DNA from: an uncultured Verrucomicrobiae bacterium
Lineage (GTDB): Bacteria > Verrucomicrobiota > Verrucomicrobiia > Chthoniobacterales > Chthoniobacteraceae
Direction of reading: 5' to 3'
Length of the DNA: 64,000 bases
Assembly: GCA_963769025.1 (NCBI GenBank)
Contig: CAVYKI010000002.1
Location: forward strand, 92,942-156,941
Shown: piece by piece, positions 1 to 8,381 of the stretch
How positions within the stretch are numbered: position 1 is the first letter of the stretch
Layout: the number at the start of each line of letters is the position of its first letter
Program-made: the position numbers and the translations under genes
The notes under the pieces: generated by a model
What the model was told of the DNA's origin: nothing
The model's database searches: none
What the model saw: the letters and a program-made list of their open reading frames with translations, nothing else

Positions 1-34
1 TGACGGCAGCCGGCTTCTGGCGTTGCCTTGACTC

Positions 35-691
35 ATGAAAGCGTTCCTCCCTCTCGCTCTCGCCGCGGTTTTTGTCGCCGCTGCTTTTCCCGCTTCTGCG
101 CAGCAACGGCCGAGGAAGGGCGACCTTCGCATGCCGGACACCGTGCGCGTGGGCGACGCGGCACCGGACTTCAAACTGAAAACACTCGATGGTTCGCGTG
201 AAGTGCAGCTCTCCAGCTTCCGCGGCAAGCGGCCGGTGGTCCTTGTCTTCGGGAGTTACACCTGACCCCCTTTCCGGAGTCAGGTTGGCTCCATCGAGCA
301 GCTCTACGCGGACTACAAGGACAAGGCCGAGTTCTTCATGGTCTATATCAAGGAGGCTCATCCCACCGACGGCAGAGTGTCGCCAGGCAATGCGCGCGGC
401 GGGATCTCCATTCCCGATCCGAAGACGTATGCCGAGCGGGCCGATGTCGCGCACAAGGCATGCACGGAACTGAAAATCACCCTCCCGTGTCTCGTGGACG
501 GGATGAACGATGCCGCGAACAAGGCCTACGCCGCGTGGCCGGATCGGATCTACGTCGTGGATGCCACCGGGAAGATCGCGGTGAGAGGCGGGCCGGGGCC
601 GTCCGGTTTTGCGCCTTCGATCACCGAGACGCGGGTGTGGCTCGGCAAGATGTTTGGGCCGAAAGGCGCGGCGTCTCCCGGTTCCCGCTGA
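35..691 (+). CDS. Secreted iodothyronine-deiodinase-family (thioredoxin-fold) selenoprotein; in-frame UGA (Sec) at 263-265
   Basis: Track ORFs 35..265 and 338..691 share one frame. The only interruption is TGA 263-265, and codons 266-337 are open. The joined product reads ...RPVVLVFGSYT-U-PPFRSQ...FFMVYIKEAHPTDG...LVDGMNDAANKAYAAWPDRIYVV.... This matches the deiodinase active-site signature FGSxT-U-PPF and the downstream YIxEAHPxDG block. Signal peptide MKAFLPLALAAVFVAAAFPASA. A GGU-loop hairpin starts 10 nt after the UGA, and selD is adjacent. Confidence 0.85.
276..292 (+). promoter_or_regulatory. Candidate bacterial SECIS hairpin of the deiodinase-like gene
   Basis: GGAGUC-AGGUU-GGCUCC: a 6-bp stem (one G.U pair) with an apical loop containing GGU. 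It starts 10 nt after UGA 263-265, and the loop is about 16-20 nt from the UGA. Confidence 0.55.
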
Positions 692-708
692 CGCACTTTC
701 CGCGGCGG

Positions 709-1773
709 TCAGTCTTTGCCGGAATAGCGGACCGAGATCACCGAGGGGCCGCTGCGGACGATCTTGCCGATAACCGCAGCGCAGGGAGTGAGATGTTTTT
801 TCAAGAGCGCCAGCACGGCGGAGAAATTCTTCTGCGCGACGCAGAGAAGGAGGCCGCCGCTGGTCTGCGCATCGGTAAGCAGCGAACGGAAACGCTCCGG
901 CGTGCGATCCCAATCGGTGATCGCGTTGGCCGTTTCTTCATTCTGCCTGCTGCCGCCGGGCACGCATCCTTCGGCGATGAGCGAAAAGATTTCCGCGCTG
1001 ATCGCCGGGACGGATTCGGCGGTGATCTCCGCACTCACGCCGCTCGCGCGACACATCGAGGCGAGATGCCCGAGCAGGCCGAAGCCCGTCACATCCACCG
1101 CCGCGCGGACGAGTTCCTTTTCCGCAAGCACCGCGCCGCTGGAATTGAGCTGCGACATCAGCGTGATCACCTTTTTGCCCAGCGCTGCGGAAGCGATCTG
1201 CCGTTTGATTCCCGTCGTGGCGATGCCGGTGCCGAGCGGCTTTGTGAGCACGAGCAGATCGCCTATGCGGGCGCGGGCATTTGTCAGCATCCGCCTGGGC
1301 GAAACGAGCCCGGTGACTGCGAGGCCATAGATCGGCTCGGGATTCCGGATCGTGTGGCCGCCGACGATCGTGCAGCCCGCCTCGCGTGCCTTCATTGCGC
1401 CTCCGCGCAGGATGGCGGCGATGGCATTCGGCGGGACGAGATCCGGCGGGATGCCCATGATGTTCAGCGCGGTCAGCGGACGCCCGCCCATCGCATACAC
1501 ATCGGAGAGCGCATTGGCCGCCGCGATTTGCCCGTACTGCCGCGGGTCGTCCACGACGGGCGTAAAGAAGTCCACCGTCTGCACCAGCGCGATGTCGCGG
1601 GTGAGACGCCAGACGCCTGCATCATCGGCCGTGGAGGAGCCGACGAGCAGCCTGGGATCGTCGATGCGTGGAAGCTGGCGCAAGACTTGCGCCAGGGCCT
1701 GTTGGCTCAGCTTGGAAGCTCAACCGGCACAGGACGACAACTCGGTCAGACGGAGAATTGGTTTGCGGGACAA
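709..1773 (-). CDS. selD: Selenide, water dikinase (selenophosphate synthetase), Sec-containing form; UGA (Sec18) at 1722-1720
   Basis: Track ORF 709..1683 (LLVGSSTADDAGVW...TVDFFTPVVDDPRQYGQIAAANALSDVYAMGG...) is a SelD body lacking its N-terminus. Reading on upstream in the same frame gives M(TTG 1773)SRKPILRLTELSSCAG-U-ASKLSQQALAQVLRQ.... This is the GxG(C/U)xxK catalytic loop, with U at the E. coli Cys17 position and K three residues later. A 13-nt SD, AAGGAGGUGAUCC, lies 6 nt upstream of the TTG. Confidence 0.9.
1675..1695 (-). promoter_or_regulatory. Candidate bacterial SECIS hairpin of selD
   Basis: On the mRNA strand: CUGGCGCAA-GUC-UUGCGCCAG. The inverted repeat is a perfect 9 bp (8 bp if the loop opens to AGUCU). 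It starts 24 nt after UGA 1722-1720, and the apical loop contains GU. Confidence 0.6.
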
Positions 1774-1889
1774 ATGGATCACCTCCTTTCGATTTCCAAA
1801 AGACCGCTGGTCCGCCGAAAGCCAAGGAGAAACCTCGGCCCGGAGAATTCCCGTTTGACGGCCCCGTGGGACGAATCGACCGTGGAGCC

Positions 1890-3059
1890 ATGAAAGCAGC
1901 CATCGCCCTCACGTTGTTCGCCGCTCTCGCATGGACGCACGCCAACGGCGCGACGCTGAACGAGGAATTGTCCGGTTTTTCCAAGCGCTTCGAAGCCGCC
2001 CAGCCGTCCGAAAGCCAGCAGGCGATCTGGAAGCTCGACTGGGAGGATCACCTTTCCACCGCCCTCGCGCGCGCGAAAACCGAGCGCCGGCCGATCCTTT
2101 TCATCCACGTCACCAACATCTCCGGCCCGTCCTACTTCGGTGCCGGGCATTGTTGAGCAAATGCCGACCACGTGAGAGGCAGTTGCCTCTCCCACAGTGA
2201 CGCGATCGAGGCACTCAGAGGATTCATTGTCACGTCTTGGAGCGGTCACACCGACATGCGCGATCCGAAGGACATGCCGCCTGAAGTTGCGCGTGTGCAT
2301 GCCACGGCCGCGGGCACGCGTGTGAAAGGCAACATCAAGTGCTTCATCCTCGCACCCGACGGCGAGGTCGAGGCGGTGTTCAATGCGTTCCCAAACAACG
2401 ATGTCACCTCCTTCGGCTTCGACGCGGACGAAGCCGGTCGCTACTTTGCGAAGAGCATCCGGCATTTCTCGAGCGGACTGAAAATCCCCGATCCCGCGAA
2501 GAAGGATTCGCGACTTGCGCTGCCGAAGACCCTCCAGGACGGCACGCCGGCAGACGCGCGGCTCGTGCTTCATGTTTCGCCAAAATCGCAGCCGTCCCAA
2601 TACCGCGCCGCCGTGGCCGAACCGTTGCGGCTCGGAATCGAGGCCCGTTCCGCGCTGAGTGGAGGGGGGAAGCCGGTGAAGGAATCGGGCACGGTCGCGG
2701 CCAGTTCGCTCGCGACCGTGCTGAAGCTTTTCTACCCGCCGGCGATCATGCAGGAGACCGGCGAGATCAGCGCGGTCGCAGGGACGCTCAATCTGAGTCC
2801 CATCGGCGCCAACAGCGACGGCGCTTGGGCAAAACTCACCGGTTCCGCGACGCTCACGCTGGACGATGGTGCGGACACGAAGTTCCCCGTGGAAGTGGAC
2901 GCGCTGGTGCTCACGGATCCGGCCAGCGGCGCGTTCAAATCCGTGCGCGGCATTCTCAATGGCGTTTGTCCGAAAGTGGCTGGCAAAAGCGGACCCGGAC
3001 GGACGCATCAACTGGAAATGACCGGCACTTTCACGAGCCTCGACGCGGATTCGAAGTGA
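1890..3059 (+). CDS. Secreted thioredoxin-like protein with vicinal Cys-Sec (UGA at 2154-2156); candidate new selenoprotein
   Basis: Track ORFs 1668..2156 and 2172..3059 are in the same frame, separated only by TGA plus 15 open nt. ATG 1890 (GGAG 4 nt upstream) gives the signal peptide MKAAIALTLFAALAWTHANG. The N-terminal pattern W..L..AL.RAK.E.RPILF resembles Thioredoxin_7/DUF255-type domains, and the UGA sits in the expected redox position: ...YFGAGH-C-U-ANADHVRGSC.... A 7-bp hairpin starts 17 nt after the UGA. The gene is divergent from selD. Confidence 0.7.
2174..2191 (+). promoter_or_regulatory. Candidate bacterial SECIS hairpin of the Cys-Sec protein gene
   Basis: GAGAGGC-AGUU-GCCUCUC: a perfect 7-bp GC-rich stem with loop AGUU (contains GU), starting 17 nt after UGA 2154-2156. 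Confidence 0.6.
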
Positions 3060-3467
3060 TCGGTCTTGGTTCCGGACGTCCGGTCGCGGTGAGCAGTTCT
3101 GTTCAGCTCCCGAGGAGGCTTGAGGCGTTTTCCAGAACGTGTGCACCGGAGCGCCAAAGTATTCATGGCCGGTGTCTCAACCCCGGTTGACATGCAGAGG
3201 CGGTCTCCGTAGACAAAATCCCATGGGCAACAAACCGAACCCGTTCCTGATCGCCGATGGCGGGACGTTGATGGGGCGGTTCCTTCGGGCGAGTGCGGGT
3301 GTCCGTTTGGTCGAGGGCGCGTGCGGATCATTGGTGGGCGTTTATCCATTCAACACCAAGCCGCCGAGCACCCGGGCAATCGCCGGGTTCGTCGTCCGCC
3401 TTCCGCTTTGATGCGCACCCCGGCGCTTCCACGCGGCGTGTTTCCGAGGCTTTCCCGGTAGCAAAGC

Positions 3468-4391
3468 ATGAACTCCACAGACGGCATCCTCTTCAGTCTG
3501 ATCGTTCCGACGCTGAACAGGCACGACGACGTGGAGCGGTTGCTGGTGTCGATTGCCGGGCAGTCGTGCCGGGATTTCGAGGTCATCATCGTCGATCAAA
3601 ACGCGGACGATCGCCTCGGCGACCTATGCCGCGAGTTTGCGCGCCGCATGCCGCTGCTGCACCTGAAGGTGGAGTCGAAGGGGGCAGCGCGCGCGCGCAA
3701 CCACGGGCTTGGATTTGCAAAAGGTGGCATCATCAATTTTCCGGATGACGATTGCCAGCTCACGCCGGGATTGCTGGAAACCGTGGCCGCGCTCCTGAAG
3801 CAGAATCCTGACTGGGATGCGGTTTTCGGCCGCGCGATCGATCCGGTTTCAAAGGAAAGCTCAGTCACCAAGTTTGACTCGCGGGCGCAGTGGGTGACGC
3901 CAGGAAACGTCTATCAGACCACCGTGGAATTCACGATGTTCGCCAGACGATCGCTTTTCGACGAAGTCGGCCTGCTGGACGAAAATCTCGGCGTCGGGAC
4001 GTTTTTTGGTGCGGAAGAGGGCGCGGATTTTGTGTTGCGCGCGCTCTACAGGAAGAAGCGACTTTTCTACGACCCCTCGTTGCTGTTCTACCACGTGGAA
4101 AAAGTGGTCCGGTACGACGAGAAGGATCACGTGCGGGCGTACGAATATGGAAAGGGTTTCGGCCGCCTGTCGGTGAAGCATGCCCGGCTTTACCGGCAGC
4201 CGAGGGCTGCGCTGCGGTTCCTGTATCGGCTGGTGCGGGCCGCGATGGCGGTGGCGCTTTACCTCTGTCTGCTGAAGCCGAACCAGAGCAAATACTATCG
4301 CGAACTCATCCGCGGAAGGATGGTGGGAGTCTTCCGCTCCTGGAGCGAATTTGGGCGAAACGGCGCGGCCACGCTGCAGAAGAAATGCTGA
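3468..4391 (+). CDS. Family 2 glycosyltransferase
   Basis: N-terminus FSLIVPTLNRHDDVERLLVSIAGQSCRDFEVIIVDQNADD, then GAARARNHGL and FPDDDC (DxD-type). This is the classical GT2 GT-A pattern. Confidence 0.85.
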   Translation: MNSTDGILFSLIVPTLNRHDDVERLLVSIAGQSCRDFEVIIVDQNADDRLGDLCREFARRMPLLHLKVESKGAARARNHGLGFAKGGIINFPDDDCQLTPGLLETVAALLKQNPDWDAVFGRAIDPVSKESSVTKFDSRAQWVTPGNVYQTTVEFTMFARRSLFDEVGLLDENLGVGTFFGAEEGADFVLRALYRKKRLFYDPSLLFYHVEKVVRYDEKDHVRAYEYGKGFGRLSVKHARLYRQPRAALRFLYRLVRAAMAVALYLCLLKPNQSKYYRELIRGRMVGVFRSWSEFGRNGAATLQKKC

Positions 4392-4476
4392 ACGATCGCT
4401 GCCGGGAGGTTTGCGCGCGCCGGCCTTGCAACTTCAAAGCGAATAGACTTATGACTCCGTGAGCGCCAGTCCCCCG

Positions 4477-5652
4477 ATGAGAATCACCCTGAACGGCTAC
4501 TACGGCTTCGCCAATTACGGCGACGAGTTGTTCAATTTGACGACGGTCCTCGCCGCGCAGCGCTGGTGGGGAGGGCATCACGTGGACATCCTCGGTCCGC
4601 CGGTCCCGGGCATCGCGGCGGAATACCGGGTGCCGGCGTGGTTTCCCACGGCCCTCTACACTGGGCCGGGAGCGGTCGGGAAGGCGATCCGGCTGGCATT
4701 CTGTGCGGATGCGATGCTGCGGCGCGACTTACTCCTGTACGCAGGCGGTTCCACACTTTCATACGGCAGTATCCTCAAAAAAATCCAGAGGATCGCCGCG
4801 GAACGGAACTGCATCAAATTTGCCGGCATCGGCGTTTCCATAGGCCCGTTTGCAGATGCAGCGGACGAAGCGGAGGCCGCGCGTTTCCTTCGCAAGTTCA
4901 CCTGCATTTCCGTGCGCGACAGACGCTCGATGGACCATCTCCGGAAAATGGACATCCCGGTGAAGGCGTTGCTGGCGCGGGATCTCGTGGGTGCCCTGCC
5001 GCTCTTGCTGCCAGAGGGCGAAACCATGCAATCCGCCGGTGCAGGGAGCGCGCGCAAACCGCTGGGGATTTCACTCCGCGACTACGAGTGGCCCGATGCC
5101 GGAGACACGGCAGCCGCAGCTCGGAAGGAGGCGTTGTTCAAAGGCGTGGAGCGATTCGTAAAGCGCGAGCGGGTGCCGGTCCGCATTTTCTGCCTGAACA
5201 CCCACCCGCGTTCGGGGGATCAGGCGATGTCATCCCAGCTTGCGGAGCGCCTGACCCGGCAGGGCGCGGAGGTCGAGGTGATCAGCGCAAAGGACAACCT
5301 CCTCGGTTGCTGGCACGGGCTGGCATCTTGCTCCGCGGTATTCACCGTCCGTCTTCACGGTGCCATCACCGCGTACCTATGCGGTGTACCACTGGTCCAG
5401 ATCGAGTATCACGACAAGTGCACCGATCTGATGGATGACATCGGCCAGCACGCATCCTTGCGCATCGGCGGAGGCCATACCGATCCCGCGGCGATCGAGC
5501 AGGTCCTCGACCGGCTGTACCGTAACCCGCCGCCGCCGGCCTTGCCGCGAGAGACTTACATGGCCGAGGCCGCGTTGAACTTCACGCAGGTGCCATGGGC
5601 CACCGACCACGGAACGAAGGCGGCGGAGCATCCGGCGCAGCCCGCCCGGTGA
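4477..5652 (+). CDS. Polysaccharide pyruvyl transferase family protein
   Basis: MRITLNGYYGFANYGDELF... matches the N-terminal G..N.GD motif of PS_pyruv_trans/CsaB-like enzymes. The track ORF starts at GTG 4459; ATG 4477 gives the family-typical N-terminus. Start is uncertain. Confidence 0.75.
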   Translation: MRITLNGYYGFANYGDELFNLTTVLAAQRWWGGHHVDILGPPVPGIAAEYRVPAWFPTALYTGPGAVGKAIRLAFCADAMLRRDLLLYAGGSTLSYGSILKKIQRIAAERNCIKFAGIGVSIGPFADAADEAEAARFLRKFTCISVRDRRSMDHLRKMDIPVKALLARDLVGALPLLLPEGETMQSAGAGSARKPLGISLRDYEWPDAGDTAAAARKEALFKGVERFVKRERVPVRIFCLNTHPRSGDQAMSSQLAERLTRQGAEVEVISAKDNLLGCWHGLASCSAVFTVRLHGAITAYLCGVPLVQIEYHDKCTDLMDDIGQHASLRIGGGHTDPAAIEQVLDRLYRNPPPPALPRETYMAEAALNFTQVPWATDHGTKAAEHPAQPAR

Positions 5653-5807
5653 AACGGACAATTTCGACAATGTGGTTTGCTGCACTCACCACCCCGCAGA
5701 CCGCATCGGAATATTTCTGATCGCGGCGATTTCCACACCGAACCGATCGTGTCGCAAAAACTGAGTTTGAAGCCGGGAAACAAGGACGATGGAGGGATGT
5801 TAAACGG

Positions 5808-6932
5808 ATGAAACCAAATCTCGCCGAAGCAAGGGTAGCGTGGATCACCAGGCGCGAAGTGCTGGATGCCGATGCGCTCCCTGCCAATCATGCATGGGGA
5901 ACTGACGCCATTTTCTCGGCGGGAGCCAGGCGAGTGCAGCCGACGCGAATCCGGTGGATTGACGCGGTAGGAGCAAGGTTGCGCCTGGGGCCCAACCTCT
6001 CGGAACAGCTATGGCTCTTCTTTAACCAGAGAAAGTACGACTTCGTCATCGCCAAAGACACCGACCTGGTCTGCGTCCTCTGCGTCCTCCTCTGGTTGTT
6101 CCGGCAGAGCAAGGGGATATTCGCATTCCTCCACTTTCCGCTCCGGGTCTTCATCAAGGATTTTTTTCTGACGAAGCGTTGCAGCGTTCTCATGGCGCTC
6201 AGTGAAGAAATACACCGGCTTTCGCTCATCAGCTACCCCCGGGCAGCCCAACTTCTCAAAACCTTCGAATGGGCCGTCGATATTGAATTCTATGACCGGA
6301 TTCGCGCGGAACTGGATGCCGGTGGGCAGATCGAATCCGCAGGTGCTCCGGTGCCTGACGGCAAACTCCGCATTCTCCTCGTTGGGATCACCGGCAGGAA
6401 GTTCGCCTCATTCCTGGAGGCGACCGTTGCAGATCGGGATGTCGAAGTCCGGGTCGTGACCGATTCACCCGATGTGCTGCTTCAGATCCAGAGCCTCCCA
6501 AACTACACCCCGGTGCGGACGGAGCCGGATAAACCGGTAACCTATCGCCAACTTGTCGCGCAGTATCTCGCATGCGATGTCGTCGCCATTCCGCTGGAGA
6601 TCAAGGATGCTCCCGACGACGAACTTATCAGGCACCGGGCGACGCTTTGGGGAATCACCACCCTACTCGAAGCATCGGCCCTCGCGAGACCGGTCGTGAT
6701 GACCTTTAATCCGGTTCTAGGCTTCGACGTTGGCAGCCTGGAATGTGGCCTATGCCTCCGTGAGGACGACGCCCTCCATTGGAAAAAAGCGATCCAGTGG
6801 TGTCGCGGGCACAAGGCGTCGCTCAAGGCCATGGGTGAGCAGGCCAGGCGTAACGTCGACGAGTACTACAATTTGCGTTGCTTCCGGGAGCGGCTGAAGA
6901 CGACAATTGAAACTTACTATGCCAGTCAGTGA
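5808..6932 (+). CDS. Putative GT-B type glycosyltransferase (GT4-like C-terminal domain)
   Basis: Intact 374-aa ORF in a visibly AT-richer stretch. The C-terminal part (...WGITTLLEASALARPVVMT...GLCLREDDALHWKKAI...ARRNVDEYYN) resembles the nucleotide-sugar-binding half of GT4 enzymes. I did not recognise the N-terminal half. Confidence 0.55.
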   Translation: MKPNLAEARVAWITRREVLDADALPANHAWGTDAIFSAGARRVQPTRIRWIDAVGARLRLGPNLSEQLWLFFNQRKYDFVIAKDTDLVCVLCVLLWLFRQSKGIFAFLHFPLRVFIKDFFLTKRCSVLMALSEEIHRLSLISYPRAAQLLKTFEWAVDIEFYDRIRAELDAGGQIESAGAPVPDGKLRILLVGITGRKFASFLEATVADRDVEVRVVTDSPDVLLQIQSLPNYTPVRTEPDKPVTYRQLVAQYLACDVVAIPLEIKDAPDDELIRHRATLWGITTLLEASALARPVVMTFNPVLGFDVGSLECGLCLREDDALHWKKAIQWCRGHKASLKAMGEQARRNVDEYYNLRCFRERLKTTIETYYASQ

Positions 6933-7019
6933 CGCAACCTGGAATGGCCGGAACGAACCTCGCATCCACGCCAAGTTGGCCAGTCCGAAGGCTGCCGATG
7001 CGTTTGGATAAGGAGAAAC

Positions 7020-8381
7020 ATGCAGTTGCTTTTGCTTAGTTTGTTCTTTCTGGCGACTGTTACGTCCTCGTGGGACTTAATCGGAGTGCTCGACGTTGCC
7101 GGAGGAAATCTGCGCATTTGTTCCTTCTTCATGGTGAGTTTCATCGCGGCATCCATGATTTGCTTCAAGCCGAGTCGCGTACCCCGCGTCCGCGGATTTG
7201 TTCTTCTGCTGATTTGGTTTGGGTTCAACTTGGTTGGCGCCACGAATGCGCCTCAAGTTTTTCGAACGTATGCGTATCTCGTCTGGCTGACTCTTGACGT
7301 CGCCCTGGTCTTTGCGTGTGCAGCGGCCTTCAGGACTCCGCGAGACCTAGCCACCCTTGCGCGTTGGAACTACTACAGCTTCATCCCAATCTCGTTGTTT
7401 GGGTTGATCCAGTTTGCTGCCTATCCGCTTGGCATCAATTTGCTGGTAAAACAAACTTGGGTCTCGGTTCTGGCGCGGATTAACGGATTCTCCTACGAGC
7501 CTTCCTACTACTCGACATACATGATTGTCGGTTGGGCCATGTCCTTTGTGCTCCTCGTGCGGGGTGTACATTTTGTCCGTCCGGCGTTGAGTTGGGCTGT
7601 CTTTGGAATGCATACGGCCGTTCTTGTCCTTTGCAGCTCGCGGATTGGCTACCTCGGCATGGGAGTAATGGGCTTGGTCATGGCCCCGACAATCCTGAAA
7701 TCCTTCCGAACCTCCCGGACGAGCAGGATTTTGACATCTGTAGCGGCTCTTGGCGCGGTGGTTTTGATTGGCGGCGGGGCGGTTCTCCTCATGAGTGTCA
7801 AAGATACGCCACTTCTGCTCGAGGGGACCGGCTTGGGTGGGACAGCGGCACACTCCGTGGATCAGCGTATGGCTGGAGTCGAACTATACGAGGAATTGTT
7901 CATGGCCAACCCGTTGAAAGGCTACAGTGTGGGCGGCATCGCGGCGCAAATCGCGGGGGCGGACGGGTCCATGTCCATCGATTACGAGGCCATGCGACAA
8001 AGCCAGGGGTGCAACGTTTCGCTCGAAATCCTGCTGGCTACGGGCATCGTTGGGGCGCCGTTTTTTTTCTGGTACTTTTTCAAGCTCACCTTTGCCTCGC
8101 TCAGTCGAATCCGCACCGTTGCCGATGCGCGCATGCGTGCAATATGTGCCGCCAATATCTGGGGCCTTATCATGCAGTTTTTCCTGCTGCAATTTAACCA
8201 AAATATCTTGCGTAACTATTTTTGGATCCAAATCGCGGTGGTGTCTTGTCTTGTGACTCACGCCTTGCGCCAAAGGCGTGGAGAGCATGCACTCCCGGTC
8301 CATCATTCGCGGTCATTCCAGGCGGAGCGCGAGCACGCACCGCTTCCGGAGGCGGCCAATCTTTCCATTCCGCGAGCATGA
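7020..8381 (+). CDS. O-antigen ligase/polymerase-like (Wzy-type) integral membrane protein
   Basis: 453 aa, with about 10 or more hydrophobic segments, a large loop (...GTGLGGTAAHSVDQRMAGVELYEE...) and AAGGAG 7 nt upstream. It sits between glycosyltransferases in a Wzx-containing locus, in AT-richer sequence. Confidence 0.7.
   Translation: MQLLLLSLFFLATVTSSWDLIGVLDVAGGNLRICSFFMVSFIAASMICFKPSRVPRVRGFVLLLIWFGFNLVGATNAPQVFRTYAYLVWLTLDVALVFACAAAFRTPRDLATLARWNYYSFIPISLFGLIQFAAYPLGINLLVKQTWVSVLARINGFSYEPSYYSTYMIVGWAMSFVLLVRGVHFVRPALSWAVFGMHTAVLVLCSSRIGYLGMGVMGLVMAPTILKSFRTSRTSRILTSVAALGAVVLIGGGAVLLMSVKDTPLLLEGTGLGGTAAHSVDQRMAGVELYEELFMANPLKGYSVGGIAAQIAGADGSMSIDYEAMRQSQGCNVSLEILLATGIVGAPFFFWYFFKLTFASLSRIRTVADARMRAICAANIWGLIMQFFLLQFNQNILRNYFWIQIAVVSCLVTHALRQRRGEHALPVHHSRSFQAEREHAPLPEAANLSIPRA

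Noticed and set aside
3449-3460. ops/JUMPstart-like CGGTAGC just upstream of the first EPS glycosyltransferase.
   Set aside because: It is a 7 of 8 match to GGCGGTAG and lies only about 10 nt from the start codon rather than in a long leader. RfaH-ops control is a proteobacterial feature, so a chance match is more likely.
3060-3467. Possible tRNA-Sec (selC) or other RNA gene in the 400-bp gap next to the selenium island.
   Set aside because: I found no UCA-anticodon loop flanked by complementary stems on either strand, and no long acceptor or variable-arm pattern. The only TTCAA string has no pairing partners.
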